From Longimicrobiales bacterium (lineage in GTDB: Bacteria > Gemmatimonadota > Gemmatimonadetes > Longimicrobiales > Gaopeijiaceae), in contig OZ220732.1 of assembly GCA_965116905.1 (NCBI GenBank), positions 4,143,121 through 4,207,120 of the forward strand: 64,000 bases of DNA, written 5' to 3'. The translations under genes were made by a program, and so were the position numbers. Below are positions 1-11,350 of the stretch, one piece after another (the stretch's first letter is position 1; every line of letters starts with the position of its first letter). The notes beneath the pieces are model-generated. The model was given only the letters and a program-made list of their open reading frames with translations. It had not been told where the DNA came from and did no database searches.

Positions 1-1266
<1,266 letters not shown>

Positions 1267-1347
1267 GATCGTACTCTTGTAGCAGTTCGGGTGTTGCCTG
1301 CGAATGGCCCGTGCAAGGGCCGAGTGAACCGACGAAAGATAGCAACG

Positions 1348-2067
1348 ATGACTCGAGTCGCCCTTGTGACCGGTGGGGGTGTGAGGTTGGGAAGGGCGAT
1401 CGCCCTGGCGCTGGCCGATAGCGGTTACGACCTGCTGGTGGGCTACAATACGTCGCCTGCGGGTGCCGCCGAGGTCGAAGCGGCTGCCCGGCGGGCCGGC
1501 AGACGGGCCCACGCGGTGAGCGCCGACCTGTCACGCGAGGAAGACGTGCTCCGCCTCGCGCGCGTCACCCGTGAGCGGTTCGGCCGCCTCGACCTGCTGG
1601 TCAATTCGGCGGCCAGCTTCATCGCCAACGACCTGCTCGATGTCACCGCCGACGAATGGGACGCGGTCATGGCGGTAAACCTGCGTGCGCCGTTCCTGCT
1701 CATCCGCGAAACCGCCGACCTGCTGCGGCAGGCGCGGGGCGCGGTCGTCAACGTCGCCGACCTGTCGGCGCTGCGGCCCTGGACGACCCATCCCCACCAT
1801 GCGGTGTCGAAGGCGGGACTGCTCCACCTCACGCGGGTCGCGGCCAGACGCCTGGCGCCCGACGTGCGCGTCAACGCCGTCGCGCCCGGCTTCGTGCTGC
1901 CCCCGGACGACTACGGCGCGGGCAAGATCGAACGGACGCGGCGGCGCATCCCGCTCGGCCGGGTCGGCACGCCCGACGATGTCGTGAACGCGGTGAAGTT
2001 CCTGGCCACCGCCGACTACGTCACCGGCGAGGTGCTTGTCGTGGACGGCGGCCTGGGGCTCGACTAG
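1348..2067 (+). CDS. SDR family oxidoreductase (pteridine reductase-like)
   Basis: MTRVALVTGGGVRLGRAIA Rossmann motif, LVNSAAS, HAVSK in place of YxxxK, VRVNAVAPG, VDGG. The real start is internal to track ORF 484..2067. Confidence 0.85.
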   Translation: MTRVALVTGGGVRLGRAIALALADSGYDLLVGYNTSPAGAAEVEAAARRAGRRAHAVSADLSREEDVLRLARVTRERFGRLDLLVNSAASFIANDLLDVTADEWDAVMAVNLRAPFLLIRETADLLRQARGAVVNVADLSALRPWTTHPHHAVSKAGLLHLTRVAARRLAPDVRVNAVAPGFVLPPDDYGAGKIERTRRRIPLGRVGTPDDVVNAVKFLATADYVTGEVLVVDGGLGLD

Positions 2068-2453
2068 CCCTCGTGGAGCACCTTCGCCACCACCATGCCG
2101 GCGATCCCGTACATCACGATCGAAACCACGGCGTCGCCGACCACGGTGGTCACCGTGTACATGCCCTCGGTGGTCCCGAACATGGTCAGCCCCATCGAGA
2201 GGCTGAAGAGCAGGCCCACACCGGCCCCCGCCTTGAAAGCCGCGGCGGGCCCCCCGGCGGCGCGCCAGCTCAGCACGAGGGCAAGGAGCGCCCCGCTGGC
2301 CAGCTGGCCAGCCCCGATGGCCCAGTACGCCGGCGACTCCGACATGGCGTCATTGGCGAAGAAGTCCGCCAGCAGCACCCCATAGATGACGAACCCGAGC
2401 ACGAACAGGGTGACGCCACCGGCGACGGTCGCAAGTATGCATTTCTGGTTCAC
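2064..2453 (-). CDS. Small membrane protein with about 4 transmembrane segments
   Basis: 129 aa with four hydrophobic segments. GTG start with an AAGGAG ribosome-binding site. Confidence 0.7.
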   Translation of the reverse strand: MNQKCILATVAGGVTLFVLGFVIYGVLLADFFANDAMSESPAYWAIGAGQLASGALLALVLSWRAAGGPAAAFKAGAGVGLLFSLSMGLTMFGTTEGMYTVTTVVGDAVVSIVMYGIAGMVVAKVLHEG

Positions 2454-2548
2454 GGGATCTCCTTGGTGGGCGAGAACGGTTCGCTGATGCGGTCAACGTG
2501 GGGGTCAGTGGTTGGATCCGCAAACGGGCCGGCTCTGTCCGCGAACCG

Positions 2549-3514
2549 CTACTCCCCGTGCGCCAGAAATCGCTCCGCCTCCAGCGCCGCCATGCAGCCC
2601 GTGCCCGCCGCCGACACGGCCTGGCGGTAGTAGTCGTCCATGACGTCGCCGGCCGCAAAGACGCCCGGGACGTTGGTCTCGGTGCGCCACGGGGTGGGCA
2701 GTTGCACGTAGCCGTTGTCCTTGAGATCGATCTGACCGCGCAGGAAGGCCGTGTTGGGGTCGTGGCCAATCGCAACGAACATCCCGCCCACGGCCAGCTC
2801 CGAATCTTCCCCCGTCACCGTGTCCCGGACCCGGATGCCGGTGATGACGTCGTCCCCGAGCACTTCGACGACGACCTTGTTCCACAAAAATCGGATCTTT
2901 TCGCTGGCAAGGGCACGATCCTGCATGATCCGGGAAGCCCGCAACTCGTCCCGGCGATGGATGACCAGAACTTGACTAGCAAACTTGGTCATGTAGAGGG
3001 CTTCCTCCATGGCGCTGTCGCCGCCACCCACGACGGCGATCACCTGGCCGCGGAAGAACGGCAGGGCCCCATCGCACACGGCACACGCCGACACGCCGCC
3101 GCCGCTCTGCGCAAGCCGCTCCTCGCCGGGGACGCCCAGCCAGCGCGCGTTGGCTCCGGTCGCGAGCACGACCGTGCGGGCCCGAACCTCCTGCCCACCC
3201 GACGACCGCAGCAGGAACGGCCGGGCGGAGAAATCGACCTCGGTGATGTCCTCGGTGAAGACGCGGGTGTCGAAGCGGAGGGCCTGGTTCTTGAAGTGCA
3301 TCATCATGTCGATGCCGCCGATGCCGTCGGGAAAGCCCGGATAGTTCTCCACGTCCGTGGTGAACATGAGCTGGCCGCCCGGGATCATGGTGCGGCTTCC
3401 GGCGCCCTCGAAGACGAGCGGGGCGAGGCTCGCGCGGGCCCCGTAGATGGCGGCAGTCCAGCCGGCGGGTCCGGAACCGACGATCACGAGGTTCTCGATA
3501 CTGTTGTCGGACAT
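2549..3514 (-). CDS. trxB: Thioredoxin-disulfide reductase
   Basis: GSGPAG, VENYPGF, CAVC redox centre (SACAVCDG), [18 protein letters not shown]. Confidence 0.97.
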   Translation of the reverse strand: MSDNSIENLVIVGSGPAGWTAAIYGARASLAPLVFEGAGSRTMIPGGQLMFTTDVENYPGFPDGIGGIDMMMHFKNQALRFDTRVFTEDITEVDFSARPFLLRSSGGQEVRARTVVLATGANARWLGVPGEERLAQSGGGVSACAVCDGALPFFRGQVIAVVGGGDSAMEEALYMTKFASQVLVIHRRDELRASRIMQDRALASEKIRFLWNKVVVEVLGDDVITGIRVRDTVTGEDSELAVGGMFVAIGHDPNTAFLRGQIDLKDNGYVQLPTPWRTETNVPGVFAAGDVMDDYYRQAVSAAGTGCMAALEAERFLAHGE

Positions 3515-3562
3515 GGGGGTTCAGGGGTTGAGCGTGAGAAGTTGTGCAGGCGACCTGCCCGC

Positions 3563-4837
3563 CTATTGGGACGGGACTTCTTCCTCCGTGTACAGCGTGG
3601 AGCTTCGGTAGCGGTCCAGGCCCCGCACGAGAAGCAGCTTCGCGCCCACCGCGACCGGCACGCCGATCAACAGGCCCGCAAAGCCGAAGAAGAAGCCGCC
3701 GAGAGACAGCGACAGAACGATCCAGACGGGGTGCAGCCCGACCGACTCGCCCACGATCCGGGGGCTGATCACCGTGCTCTCGAGCGCCTGTGCGGCACCG
3801 TACACGGCCGCGACCTTGACGAGCGAGAGACCGATGTTATCGCTGACCAGCGCGATGATGATCGCCGGCACGAGCGACACCCCCACGCCCAGATAGGGCA
3901 CGATCCCGAGTACGGCGACGGTCGCGCCCAGCAGGAAGGAATACGGAAAGCCGACGATCAGAAGGCCGAGCCAGGTGATGGCACCCGTCAGGAGCGACGC
4001 CGATACCTGGCCGCGCAGGTAGCGGGACAGCAGCGCGTCGTACTCGCGCAGGAAATCGGTCGCGCCGGGGCGGATTCTGGCTGGAAGGAGGTCGCCGACG
4101 CGCGCCACGATGCGGTCGTAGTCGCGCAGCACGTAGAACATGAGCACGGGGGTCAGGACGATATAGCCGAGGATCACGAGCAGGGAGCCGAAGCCACGCC
4201 CGAGCCCGAGGACCGTGGCCCAGGCCCGTTCGGTGAGGTCGGCGCGCCTCGATTCCAGGAATTCGGCAATCATCTGTCCGTCGATCGCCTGGACGCGGGC
4301 CAGCAGGGTCGCCTCGTCGACGAACGGGATGTCGAACCCCAGCGACGCTGCGGTCAGCCCCTGCATCCAGGTGGTGAACGCGTTGAGAGCCCGGGGCGTC
4401 TCGCCGATCAGCGCGCGCACCTGCTGCACGATCTCCGGCACGCCGAAGACGACCGCCAGGGCGCCCACAGCCAGGAACGGGACCAGGATCAGGAAGATGG
4501 CGAGGGTGCGTCCAATGCGCGGGTGCGCGGAGACCCGGTCCGCCAGGGGGTCCAGGATGTAGGCGAGGACGAAGGCCAGGAAGAACGGCGCGAGGAGTGA
4601 GCCCGCCGTGTCGAGCACCCACAGGGCCACGAGGATCGTGGCCACCGTGACCGTGAGGGCGTGTCCGCGCACCCCGCGAAACGGAGCCAGCAGCGCGATG
4701 AACACGCAGTAGATGAGGAACGGGTTGAGGAGGGTGCGCAGGCTGTACAGGAAGTAGCCGGCGACCAGTACCAGTACCGCCGCCTGCGCGATCCGCCAGG
4801 ATCCTCCGGTGCCGCCGCCCGCATCGTTGCTCACCAT
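3563..4837 (-). CDS. AI-2E family transporter
   Basis: Multi-TM protein with LAYILDP, YLRGQ, IVPYLG and PRIVGESVGLHP motifs. Start is ATG 4837 or GTG 4834, overlapping the NUDIX stop. Confidence 0.9.
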   Translation of the reverse strand: MVSNDAGGGTGGSWRIAQAAVLVLVAGYFLYSLRTLLNPFLIYCVFIALLAPFRGVRGHALTVTVATILVALWVLDTAGSLLAPFFLAFVLAYILDPLADRVSAHPRIGRTLAIFLILVPFLAVGALAVVFGVPEIVQQVRALIGETPRALNAFTTWMQGLTAASLGFDIPFVDEATLLARVQAIDGQMIAEFLESRRADLTERAWATVLGLGRGFGSLLVILGYIVLTPVLMFYVLRDYDRIVARVGDLLPARIRPGATDFLREYDALLSRYLRGQVSASLLTGAITWLGLLIVGFPYSFLLGATVAVLGIVPYLGVGVSLVPAIIIALVSDNIGLSLVKVAAVYGAAQALESTVISPRIVGESVGLHPVWIVLSLSLGGFFFGFAGLLIGVPVAVGAKLLLVRGLDRYRSSTLYTEEEVPSQ

Positions 4838-5271
4838 CCCGCCTCCGTGATCTTCGCGTCCGAACGCAGCACGACATCGCGGGTCTCCTTGTAGCGGACC
4901 CGGGACGCGGCATCCGGGATCGGGAGCCACGCACAGGCGCTGATCCCTTCGTCGCGCTGCGGGACGGGCTGGCCCAGTCGGCTGCGCATGAGAAAGAACG
5001 TACAGTACTTGTGAATGGTTCTGTCCCCCTGACGGAACTTCCAGTCGATGGTGTCGATTTGCGGGCCAACGACCTCCGGCGTGATCCCGGTTTCCTCCGC
5101 AACCTCGCGCAGAGCCGCCTCGCGCAGACTCTCGCCGCCCTCAATATGACCCTTCGGCAACGACCAGTGACCATAGGGGTCCCTGATCAGGAGCGCGTGC
5201 CATACGCCGGCCACAGGGCACACGACGACGCCGCCCGCACTGCGCTCGACCGTCGCCGTCTCGCCTGACAT
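4831..5271 (-). CDS. NUDIX hydrolase
   Basis: Nudix box LPKGHIEGGESLREAALREVAEETG. Confidence 0.93.
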   Translation of the reverse strand: MSGETATVERSAGGVVVCPVAGVWHALLIRDPYGHWSLPKGHIEGGESLREAALREVAEETGITPEVVGPQIDTIDWKFRQGDRTIHKYCTFFLMRSRLGQPVPQRDEGISACAWLPIPDAASRVRYKETRDVVLRSDAKITEAGW

Positions 5272-5275
5272 CGGG

Positions 5276-6265
5276 CTACTGGAAGATCGAGAAGCTCAGG
5301 TAGCGGCGCGGGTTCTGCTGGATGTCCCGCAGCAGGTCACGCATCTGTACGACCGCGTCCAACGCGCCTTCTGCCAGCGTCGGATCCGCCAGCAGGCGGC
5401 CCAGCGATCCGCCCTCGTCCTGCACGGCGGTCAGCAGGGCGTCCAGGCTCGCAAAGGTCGCGTCGGCCTGACGCGCGGCGGTCTGGAGGTCCGAGAGCGA
5501 GGCGTCCATGGTCTCGGTCAATCTCCTCAGGTTCTCCACACCGGCGCCCGCGTCGGCCAACAGCTTCTGGACCTGGCCATCCGCGACGATGGCGTCGACC
5601 CGCTCGAACGACATCCGGGCCGCGCGCGCGGCGGCACCCAGCTCACGCGTGGATGCGTCGACGCCCTCTGCAAGCGCGTCGAAGCGCTCGGCCTGCTGGT
5701 CGATGATCTCGGAGAACTGGTCGCTGACTTCGCCGAGGTTGTCGATCGCCCTGCCGAGATTCTGCGCCGTCTCCTCCGTGAACGCGACCTCGAACCGCTC
5801 CGAAATGGTCGTCAGGTTCTGCGCGATCTCGTCCGCGGTGGCCGTGAGGCGCGAGAAATCGGGAAGCGCCACTCCGGGGAGCACACCCTCTTCCGGGTAT
5901 TCCAGGTAGGGATGCGTACCGTAGTCGTCCCGCCGGATGATCTCGGCCTGCCAGTCGCCGAACATGGATTCGGGCGCGATCAGGACCGCCGCGTCGGGAG
6001 GAATGATCAGGTCCGGGCGAACCGACATGTCGATGAGCACCGCCTCGCCGCTCGGCACCACCGCCACCGACTCCACCCGACCGACCGCGACCCCGCGAAA
6101 CTTCACCGACGCTCCCTCGACAAGCTGCCCGACGCCGGTCGACGCCGCCCGCAGCGATACGCGGTCCCGGCCCCATCCGTCCTGCAGCCAGATGGTGCCC
6201 ACCACGCCGACCGCGATCCCGAGCATCACCACCAGTCCCACCATGATCTCTCGTCTACGGTCCAT
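5276..6265 (-). CDS. mlaD: MCE/MlaD family substrate-binding protein
   Basis: N-terminal TM, GASVKFRGVAVGRV MCE domain, helical stalk, C-terminal DIQQNPRRYL. Confidence 0.88.
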   Translation of the reverse strand: MDRRREIMVGLVVMLGIAVGVVGTIWLQDGWGRDRVSLRAASTGVGQLVEGASVKFRGVAVGRVESVAVVPSGEAVLIDMSVRPDLIIPPDAAVLIAPESMFGDWQAEIIRRDDYGTHPYLEYPEEGVLPGVALPDFSRLTATADEIAQNLTTISERFEVAFTEETAQNLGRAIDNLGEVSDQFSEIIDQQAERFDALAEGVDASTRELGAAARAARMSFERVDAIVADGQVQKLLADAGAGVENLRRLTETMDASLSDLQTAARQADATFASLDALLTAVQDEGGSLGRLLADPTLAEGALDAVVQMRDLLRDIQQNPRRYLSFSIFQ

Positions 6266-7025
6266 GATCTCCCCGTCCTTTCAGTCCATAGTACAAGCCC
6301 GGGTCACCCTCAACGAACCCGCGCAGCACGTCGTCGCGCGCGGCGCGCACCTCCGCAGGTGTACCCGTGAAGCGGGCCTTTCCTTCATGGAGAAGGGTAA
6401 TCCTGTCGGCGACGCGGAACGCGCTGGTCATGTCATGCGTCACGACGAGTCCGGTTACCCCCAGCTCGTCGCGCATCCGGAGCACGAGCTGGTCGATCAC
6501 CGAAGTGGTGACCGGGTCCAGTCCGGTCGTCGGTTCGTCGTACAGCAGGTACTTGGGCGAGGCGGCGATCGCCCGCGCGAGCCCGGCGCGCTTCTTCTGG
6601 CCTCCGCTCAGTTGCGAGGGGTAGCGCTCGCCCATCCCCTCGAGGTCGACGAGCGCCAGACACTCTTCCACGCGCTGACGGATCCTGTCGGGACGCCAGC
6701 CCGGCAGGCGCTTCAGCCCCATTCCCACGTTGTCGGCGACCGTCATCGAATCGAACAGGGCCGCGAACTGGAAGACGTAGCCGACGCGTCTGCGAAACCG
6801 CGCGAGGTCCCGTCTGCCCAGGTCGGGAACCGATTCGCCGTCCACGAAGACGGATCCCGTGTCCGGTCGCACCAGTCCCACCAGGTGCTTCAGCAGGACT
6901 GACTTGCCGCTTCCCGACGGCCCCACGATCGCCGCGGTCGCGCCCTCGGCGACCTCCAGCGAGAAGCCGCGCAGGACCTCCTTCGGGCCGAACGCCTTGT
7001 GGAGTTCGGCGATCTGAATGCTCAT
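6255..7025 (-). CDS. mlaF: ABC transporter ATP-binding protein (MlaF/Mkl type)
   Basis: GPSGSGKS, LSGGQ, YDEPTTGLDP, VTHD. ATG 7025 overlaps the permease stop. Confidence 0.9.
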   Translation of the reverse strand: MSIQIAELHKAFGPKEVLRGFSLEVAEGATAAIVGPSGSGKSVLLKHLVGLVRPDTGSVFVDGESVPDLGRRDLARFRRRVGYVFQFAALFDSMTVADNVGMGLKRLPGWRPDRIRQRVEECLALVDLEGMGERYPSQLSGGQKKRAGLARAIAASPKYLLYDEPTTGLDPVTTSVIDQLVLRMRDELGVTGLVVTHDMTSAFRVADRITLLHEGKARFTGTPAEVRAARDDVLRGFVEGDPGLYYGLKGRGDHGP

Positions 7026-7804
7026 AGCAACGTCGCCGCCCAGAAGGCGTCCAGGCAGAGGATGATCATGCTCGCGATCACCACGGTCTGGGTCGCGCTG
7101 CGCCCGACACCCTCGGCACCGCGCTCGGTCTGAAGTCCGTAGAAGCAGCCCACGCCGGTCACGACCGCACCGAAGGAAACGGACTTGATCACGGCGAACC
7201 ACACGTCCCAGGGCTCGAAGAGGAGGCGCAATCCCTTCACGAATTCGGGAGACGACATGTCCAGCAGCTGGAGTGCGGTGAACCAGCCGGAGACGATGCC
7301 CGTGGTCATCGCGAGGATCACCACGATCGGGAACATCACGATTCCGGCAATGATCCTGGGTACCACCAGGTACGCGAGCGGATCGTAGGCAAGCGTCTCG
7401 AGCGCGTCGACCTGCTCCGTGACGCGCATCGTCCCCAGCTCGGCGGAGATGTTCGCCCCGACGCGTCCTGCCAGCGTGAGCCCCGTGAGGACGGGGCCGA
7501 GCTCCAGCATCATCGTCTTGCCCACCAGGGTGCCGACAAAGTAGAGCGGTATCGTACCCGTCAGCGTATAGGACGCCTGGAGGGACATGACAATGCCGGT
7601 GAAGGTCGCGATGAAAAGCGCGATCGGGACCGACGCCACCCCAATACGCGCCAGCTGGGGGAACAACTGCGGACCCCAGATGCCCGGATGGCGCAGTGCA
7701 CCGGCCGTGCCGGCGAAGAGAATCCACGCGCGCCCCACCGAACCGAGGGCCCCGACCGTGCCGCGTCCGGCCGAGGCGAGGGGTCTCGCCACAAAGTCAA
7801 GCAT
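7022..7804 (-). CDS. mlaE: ABC transporter permease (MlaE family)
   Basis: ELGPVLTG, AELGTMRVTEQVDAL, YLVVPR, GAEGVGRSAT. Confidence 0.92.
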   Translation of the reverse strand: MLDFVARPLASAGRGTVGALGSVGRAWILFAGTAGALRHPGIWGPQLFPQLARIGVASVPIALFIATFTGIVMSLQASYTLTGTIPLYFVGTLVGKTMMLELGPVLTGLTLAGRVGANISAELGTMRVTEQVDALETLAYDPLAYLVVPRIIAGIVMFPIVVILAMTTGIVSGWFTALQLLDMSSPEFVKGLRLLFEPWDVWFAVIKSVSFGAVVTGVGCFYGLQTERGAEGVGRSATQTVVIASMIILCLDAFWAATLL

Positions 7805-7866
7805 TGAGAATAATAATGGATGTGGCGGTCTGGCCCCGCCGTGGGCTCGGCCGGCCGGCCCGCCTG

Positions 7867-8211
7867 CTAGCGAAACGCCGTCAGAGTGAACGAGACGCGG
7901 TCCAACAGGGGATCGGTTCCCTCCGCGCCGCGCCACTGCACCTCGATCTCGCCGACCTGACCCGCCTCCGCCCGGAAGACGATCTCCACATGCAGATCCT
8001 GCTCCCGGCTCTCGATCATGGTCCTGACCAACCCTACCTCGGGTCGCTCCCGGACCCTCGCCGGGTTCCGGAAGAGCGTCCTGGTCGACTGCCGCCCGGT
8101 GGGGAGGCGGCGCGTCACGCGGATCCGGTCCAGCCAGTCCGGTTGATAGCTGATGCGGTAACGGAAGCCGCGCTGATCAACGCCCGTGGCATCCCGATTG
8201 TGTCTGGCCAT
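7867..8211 (-). CDS. Hypothetical protein (114 aa)
   Basis: ATG 8211 lies immediately after the protease stop at 8213. Protein-like composition (MARHNRDATGVDQRGFRYRISYQPDW). Confidence 0.6.
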   Translation of the reverse strand: MARHNRDATGVDQRGFRYRISYQPDWLDRIRVTRRLPTGRQSTRTLFRNPARVRERPEVGLVRTMIESREQDLHVEIVFRAEAGQVGEIEVQWRGAEGTDPLLDRVSFTLTAFR

Positions 8212-8212
8212 T

Positions 8213-9364
8213 TCAGAGCTGCAACGGTGCGGGTGAAAAGCTGAGGAAGAAGATCGCAACGGCGACCCAGCCCAGGATCGTGCGGCCCGTTTCCAGCGGC
8301 ACTTCCTCCATCAGCACCGGCGGGTGGGCGAGCCTGCCCCGGCCGACCACCAGCGCGACCGCGCCCCAGAGCCACCATCCCCACCATACGAACCCCAACG
8401 GTATCATCAAAAGCACGAAGGCCATCGCGAAGGCACGCTGCCTCGGTCCCGCGAGCGCGTAGAGGATGTGCCCACCGTCCAGCTGCCCCAGGGGCACCAG
8501 GTTGAGCGCCGTGACGAAGATGCCGAGCCAGCCGGCGAACGCCAGCGGATGCAGCAGCACGGTGTTGCCGCTCTCGAATCCGGGCACGGCAATCAGGGTC
8601 GCGGCATGGAGAACGACGTTGCTCCCGATCTCGATCGGCGTATCCAGGAAACGCACCAGAAACGGATGGAGGCCGGAGTCGGTGGTGGCAACGGTTTCCG
8701 ACAGGCCCAGGCCGATCAAGAGCAGCGGCAGCGACAGCACAAAGCTCGCCACCGGCCCGGCGACGCCGATGTCGAAAAGCACCGATCTCCGGACCATGGG
8801 GCCGTGCAGCCGGATGAATGCCCCGAGGGTGCCGATAAGCGAAATGTAGGGCGGGCAGGGCAGGAAATACGGGAGTGACACCGGGATCCGATGCCGGCGT
8901 GCCGCAAAGTAGTGTCCGAGTTCGTGACCGAGAAGGACGCCGATGAACGCCACCGCAAAGGGCAGCCCCGCACCCAGGGCCGAGACCCTCACACTCGTCG
9001 GCACCGGGAACCACTGTCCACCGATCTGCCGGGAAACCGTATCGAGGACATCGGTGCCGGCGAGGAATCCGCCCGCCACCATCGTGCTGGCGAAGGCCAG
9101 CAGAAAGAGGGCCGCGTGCAGCACCAGGCGCGTCGGAGGCGCAGGTGTCTCGCGGCGCAATGCCACCAGCCGCGCGGCGTCTCCTTGCCGGTGGGTGTGG
9201 ACTTGGTCGGCCCACTCCGCCACTTTTAGCATATCTTCCTCGGAGACATCGTCCCGCACCTGCCCGCGCACGACCTGGTACCCGCCAGCTCTGCCAGCCC
9301 CGTGGTTCGTCAGAATGCTCGCCCACGGCGGATCGGGATGGGGAACTTTGGCCTCCACGGACAC
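8213..9364 (-). CDS. Site-2 protease (peptidase M50)
   Basis: HELGH zinc motif, DIGVAGP, NLVPLGQLDGGH, multiple TMs. Confidence 0.93.
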   Translation of the reverse strand: MSVEAKVPHPDPPWASILTNHGAGRAGGYQVVRGQVRDDVSEEDMLKVAEWADQVHTHRQGDAARLVALRRETPAPPTRLVLHAALFLLAFASTMVAGGFLAGTDVLDTVSRQIGGQWFPVPTSVRVSALGAGLPFAVAFIGVLLGHELGHYFAARRHRIPVSLPYFLPCPPYISLIGTLGAFIRLHGPMVRRSVLFDIGVAGPVASFVLSLPLLLIGLGLSETVATTDSGLHPFLVRFLDTPIEIGSNVVLHAATLIAVPGFESGNTVLLHPLAFAGWLGIFVTALNLVPLGQLDGGHILYALAGPRQRAFAMAFVLLMIPLGFVWWGWWLWGAVALVVGRGRLAHPPVLMEEVPLETGRTILGWVAVAIFFLSFSPAPLQL

Positions 9365-9439
9365 GCTTCAGTCTTTTCGGACCCCGGTGCGGGTGCTCCT
9401 TCTCGAGCCATCGATGCCGGCTCCATTCCCGACTTCCCG

Positions 9440-10693
9440 ATGGAAATCGCCGACCTCAAGAACAGAACGGTAGCGGAACTCCAGGGGTATGCGGAAGCGC
9501 TGAACATCCCCAACGCCGGCAGACTCCGCAAGCAGGATCTGATCTTCATGATCTATCGCGGCCTCGCGGAGCAGGATCAGGTCCCGCAATCCGAGGGCGT
9601 GCTCGACATCCTGCCGGACGGGTACGGCTTCCTCCGCTCCGCGAGCTGGAACTACCTGAACGGTCCCGACGACGTGTACGTCAGCCCCGCCCAGATCGCG
9701 TCGCTCGGCCTTCGCCGGGGCGACACCGTGGCCGGCCCGGTTCGTGCACCCGGCCGCCGGGAGCGGTACGTGGCCCTGGTCAGCGTCGACACCGTCAACG
9801 GGCTTGGGCCGGCGGCCGCGAAAGAGCGCCCCAAGTACGACGACCTGCGTCCGTTCTATCCCCAGCAGCGCCTGTCGCTCGAGGTGCCGGGCGGCGAAAT
9901 GGACATGCGCATCATGGATCTGATCGCACCGGTGGGACTGGGTCAGCGGGGCCTCATCGTTTCTCCGCCCAAGGCCGGCAAGACCACGATCCTGCGCAAC
10001 ATGGCCAATGCCATCAGGACGAATCACCGAGACGTGGAGCTCGTGGTGCTGCTGATCGATGAACGCCCGGAAGAGGTCACGGAGATGGAGGAGACCGCCG
10101 GCGCCAGCGTCTTCGCATCCACGTTCGACGAGCCGGCCAGCCGCCATCGGCAGGTCGCCGAAATGGTCCTGGAGCGAGCGAAACGGCTGGTCGAACAGGG
10201 GCGCGATGTCGTGATCCTCCTGGACTCGATCACGCGCCTCGCCCGGGCCTACAACATCCTCGCGCCACACTCCGGGAGGATCCTCTCGGGCGGCGTCGAC
10301 GCCTACGCGCTTTCGAAGCCAAAGCGGTTCTTCGGGTCGGCCCGCAACATTCACGAGGGTGGATCGCTCACCATCATTGCAACGGCGCTGGTGGAGACCG
10401 GAAGCCGCATGGACGAGGTGATCTTCGAGGAGTTCAAGGGAACCGGGAACATGGAGCTGGTCCTGGATCGCGAAATCGCGGACAACCGCGTGTATCCTGC
10501 GATCGATTTGAACCGGTCGGGCACCCGGCGGGAAGAGTTGCTGCTCTCGGAGACCGAGCTGAACCGCGTGTATCTGCTGCGCAGTTTCCTCGCCGACATG
10601 CCCGCTCCCGATGCGATCCAGTTTCTGATGGACCGCATGAGGCGCCACCGCACCAACGCCCGGTTCCTCGACGCGATGGTCGCGGGGGAGTGA
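9440..10693 (+). CDS. rho: Transcription termination factor Rho
   Basis: EGVLDILPDGYGFLR, DVYVSP, PPKAGKT, LIDERPEEVT, DSITRLARA, EEFKGTGNME. Confidence 0.98.
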   Translation: MEIADLKNRTVAELQGYAEALNIPNAGRLRKQDLIFMIYRGLAEQDQVPQSEGVLDILPDGYGFLRSASWNYLNGPDDVYVSPAQIASLGLRRGDTVAGPVRAPGRRERYVALVSVDTVNGLGPAAAKERPKYDDLRPFYPQQRLSLEVPGGEMDMRIMDLIAPVGLGQRGLIVSPPKAGKTTILRNMANAIRTNHRDVELVVLLIDERPEEVTEMEETAGASVFASTFDEPASRHRQVAEMVLERAKRLVEQGRDVVILLDSITRLARAYNILAPHSGRILSGGVDAYALSKPKRFFGSARNIHEGGSLTIIATALVETGSRMDEVIFEEFKGTGNMELVLDREIADNRVYPAIDLNRSGTRREELLLSETELNRVYLLRSFLADMPAPDAIQFLMDRMRRHRTNARFLDAMVAGE

Positions 10694-10731
10694 TGGCCGC
10701 GGGGGAGTGATGGCCGCAGGGGAGTGACGGC
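10681..10731 (+). repeat. 3 x 17-bp tandem repeat spanning the rho stop codon
   Basis: CGCGGGGGAGTGATGGC twice, then CGCAGGGGAGTGACGGC. Confidence 0.95.
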
Positions 10732-10752
10732 CGCGCGGGCTGCGACCGCCCG

Positions 10753-10794
10753 CGGTTGCTGGCCGTCCAGATCCGGTTGCTAGCCGTCCAGATC
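10753..10794. repeat. 2 x 21-bp tandem repeat spanning the phosphoribosyltransferase stop codon
   Basis: CGGTTGCTGGCCGTCCAGATC followed by CGGTTGCTAGCCGTCCAGATC. Confidence 0.92.
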
Positions 10795-11316
10795 CTCGTA
10801 GCGGGGGTTGACCACCAGGCTGTCGCCCTCGAAGACCTTGCGGTCCCACGGATAGACCAGCGTGGCATCCGTAACGAGCGCATGGTAGTCCGGCGCGAAG
10901 CCCCGGGTTCGCGCGAAGCTCGTGGCCGTGCGCACCTCCGCCGGGCCGACGTCCCGGACCGCGGCCAGAGCCAACCGCAGCGTTTCACCCGAGGTCGTGA
11001 TCTCATCGACGATCAGTATTCGCTTGCCGCGCGCCTGCCTTGGAGCCGCGGACAGGATGGAGGGACGGTGCCGCACGACGCGGCCGCCCTCGCGCCGCGT
11101 GATCTTCAGGGAGAAGAAGTCCCGGCGCATGATGGAGGCGATGACCGCCCCGGGAATCACCCCCGCCCTCGCAACTCCGATGACGATCTCGGGGTCGTAG
11201 TCGGCCGCTACCTTGAGCGCCAGTGCGCGGCAGAGTTCGCCGAACATCTCCCACGAAAGCTCCATGAAGTCTTCGGACGGCATGACGTCGCGCTGGTCGA
11301 AGGAACGGCTCAGCAT
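10780..11316 (-). CDS. Type I phosphoribosyltransferase
   Basis: IGVARAG, PRPP loop ILIVDEITTSGETL, VYPW. GAGGAG RBS upstream of ATG 11316. Confidence 0.88.
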   Translation of the reverse strand: MLSRSFDQRDVMPSEDFMELSWEMFGELCRALALKVAADYDPEIVIGVARAGVIPGAVIASIMRRDFFSLKITRREGGRVVRHRPSILSAAPRQARGKRILIVDEITTSGETLRLALAAVRDVGPAEVRTATSFARTRGFAPDYHALVTDATLVYPWDRKVFEGDSLVVNPRYEDLDG

Positions 11317-11350
11317 TGTGTTCTCCTCTCCGCGCTTTAGACTTTCCGCC

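Noticed and set aside
2498..4600. Long antisense or alternative-frame ORFs (e.g. 2498..4600, 11526..13664, 26184..28748, 30619..33000, 39128..41365, 43627..46308)
   Set aside because: Shadow ORFs expected at high GC. They are Arg/Gly/Pro-rich, lack motifs and lie opposite well-supported genes.
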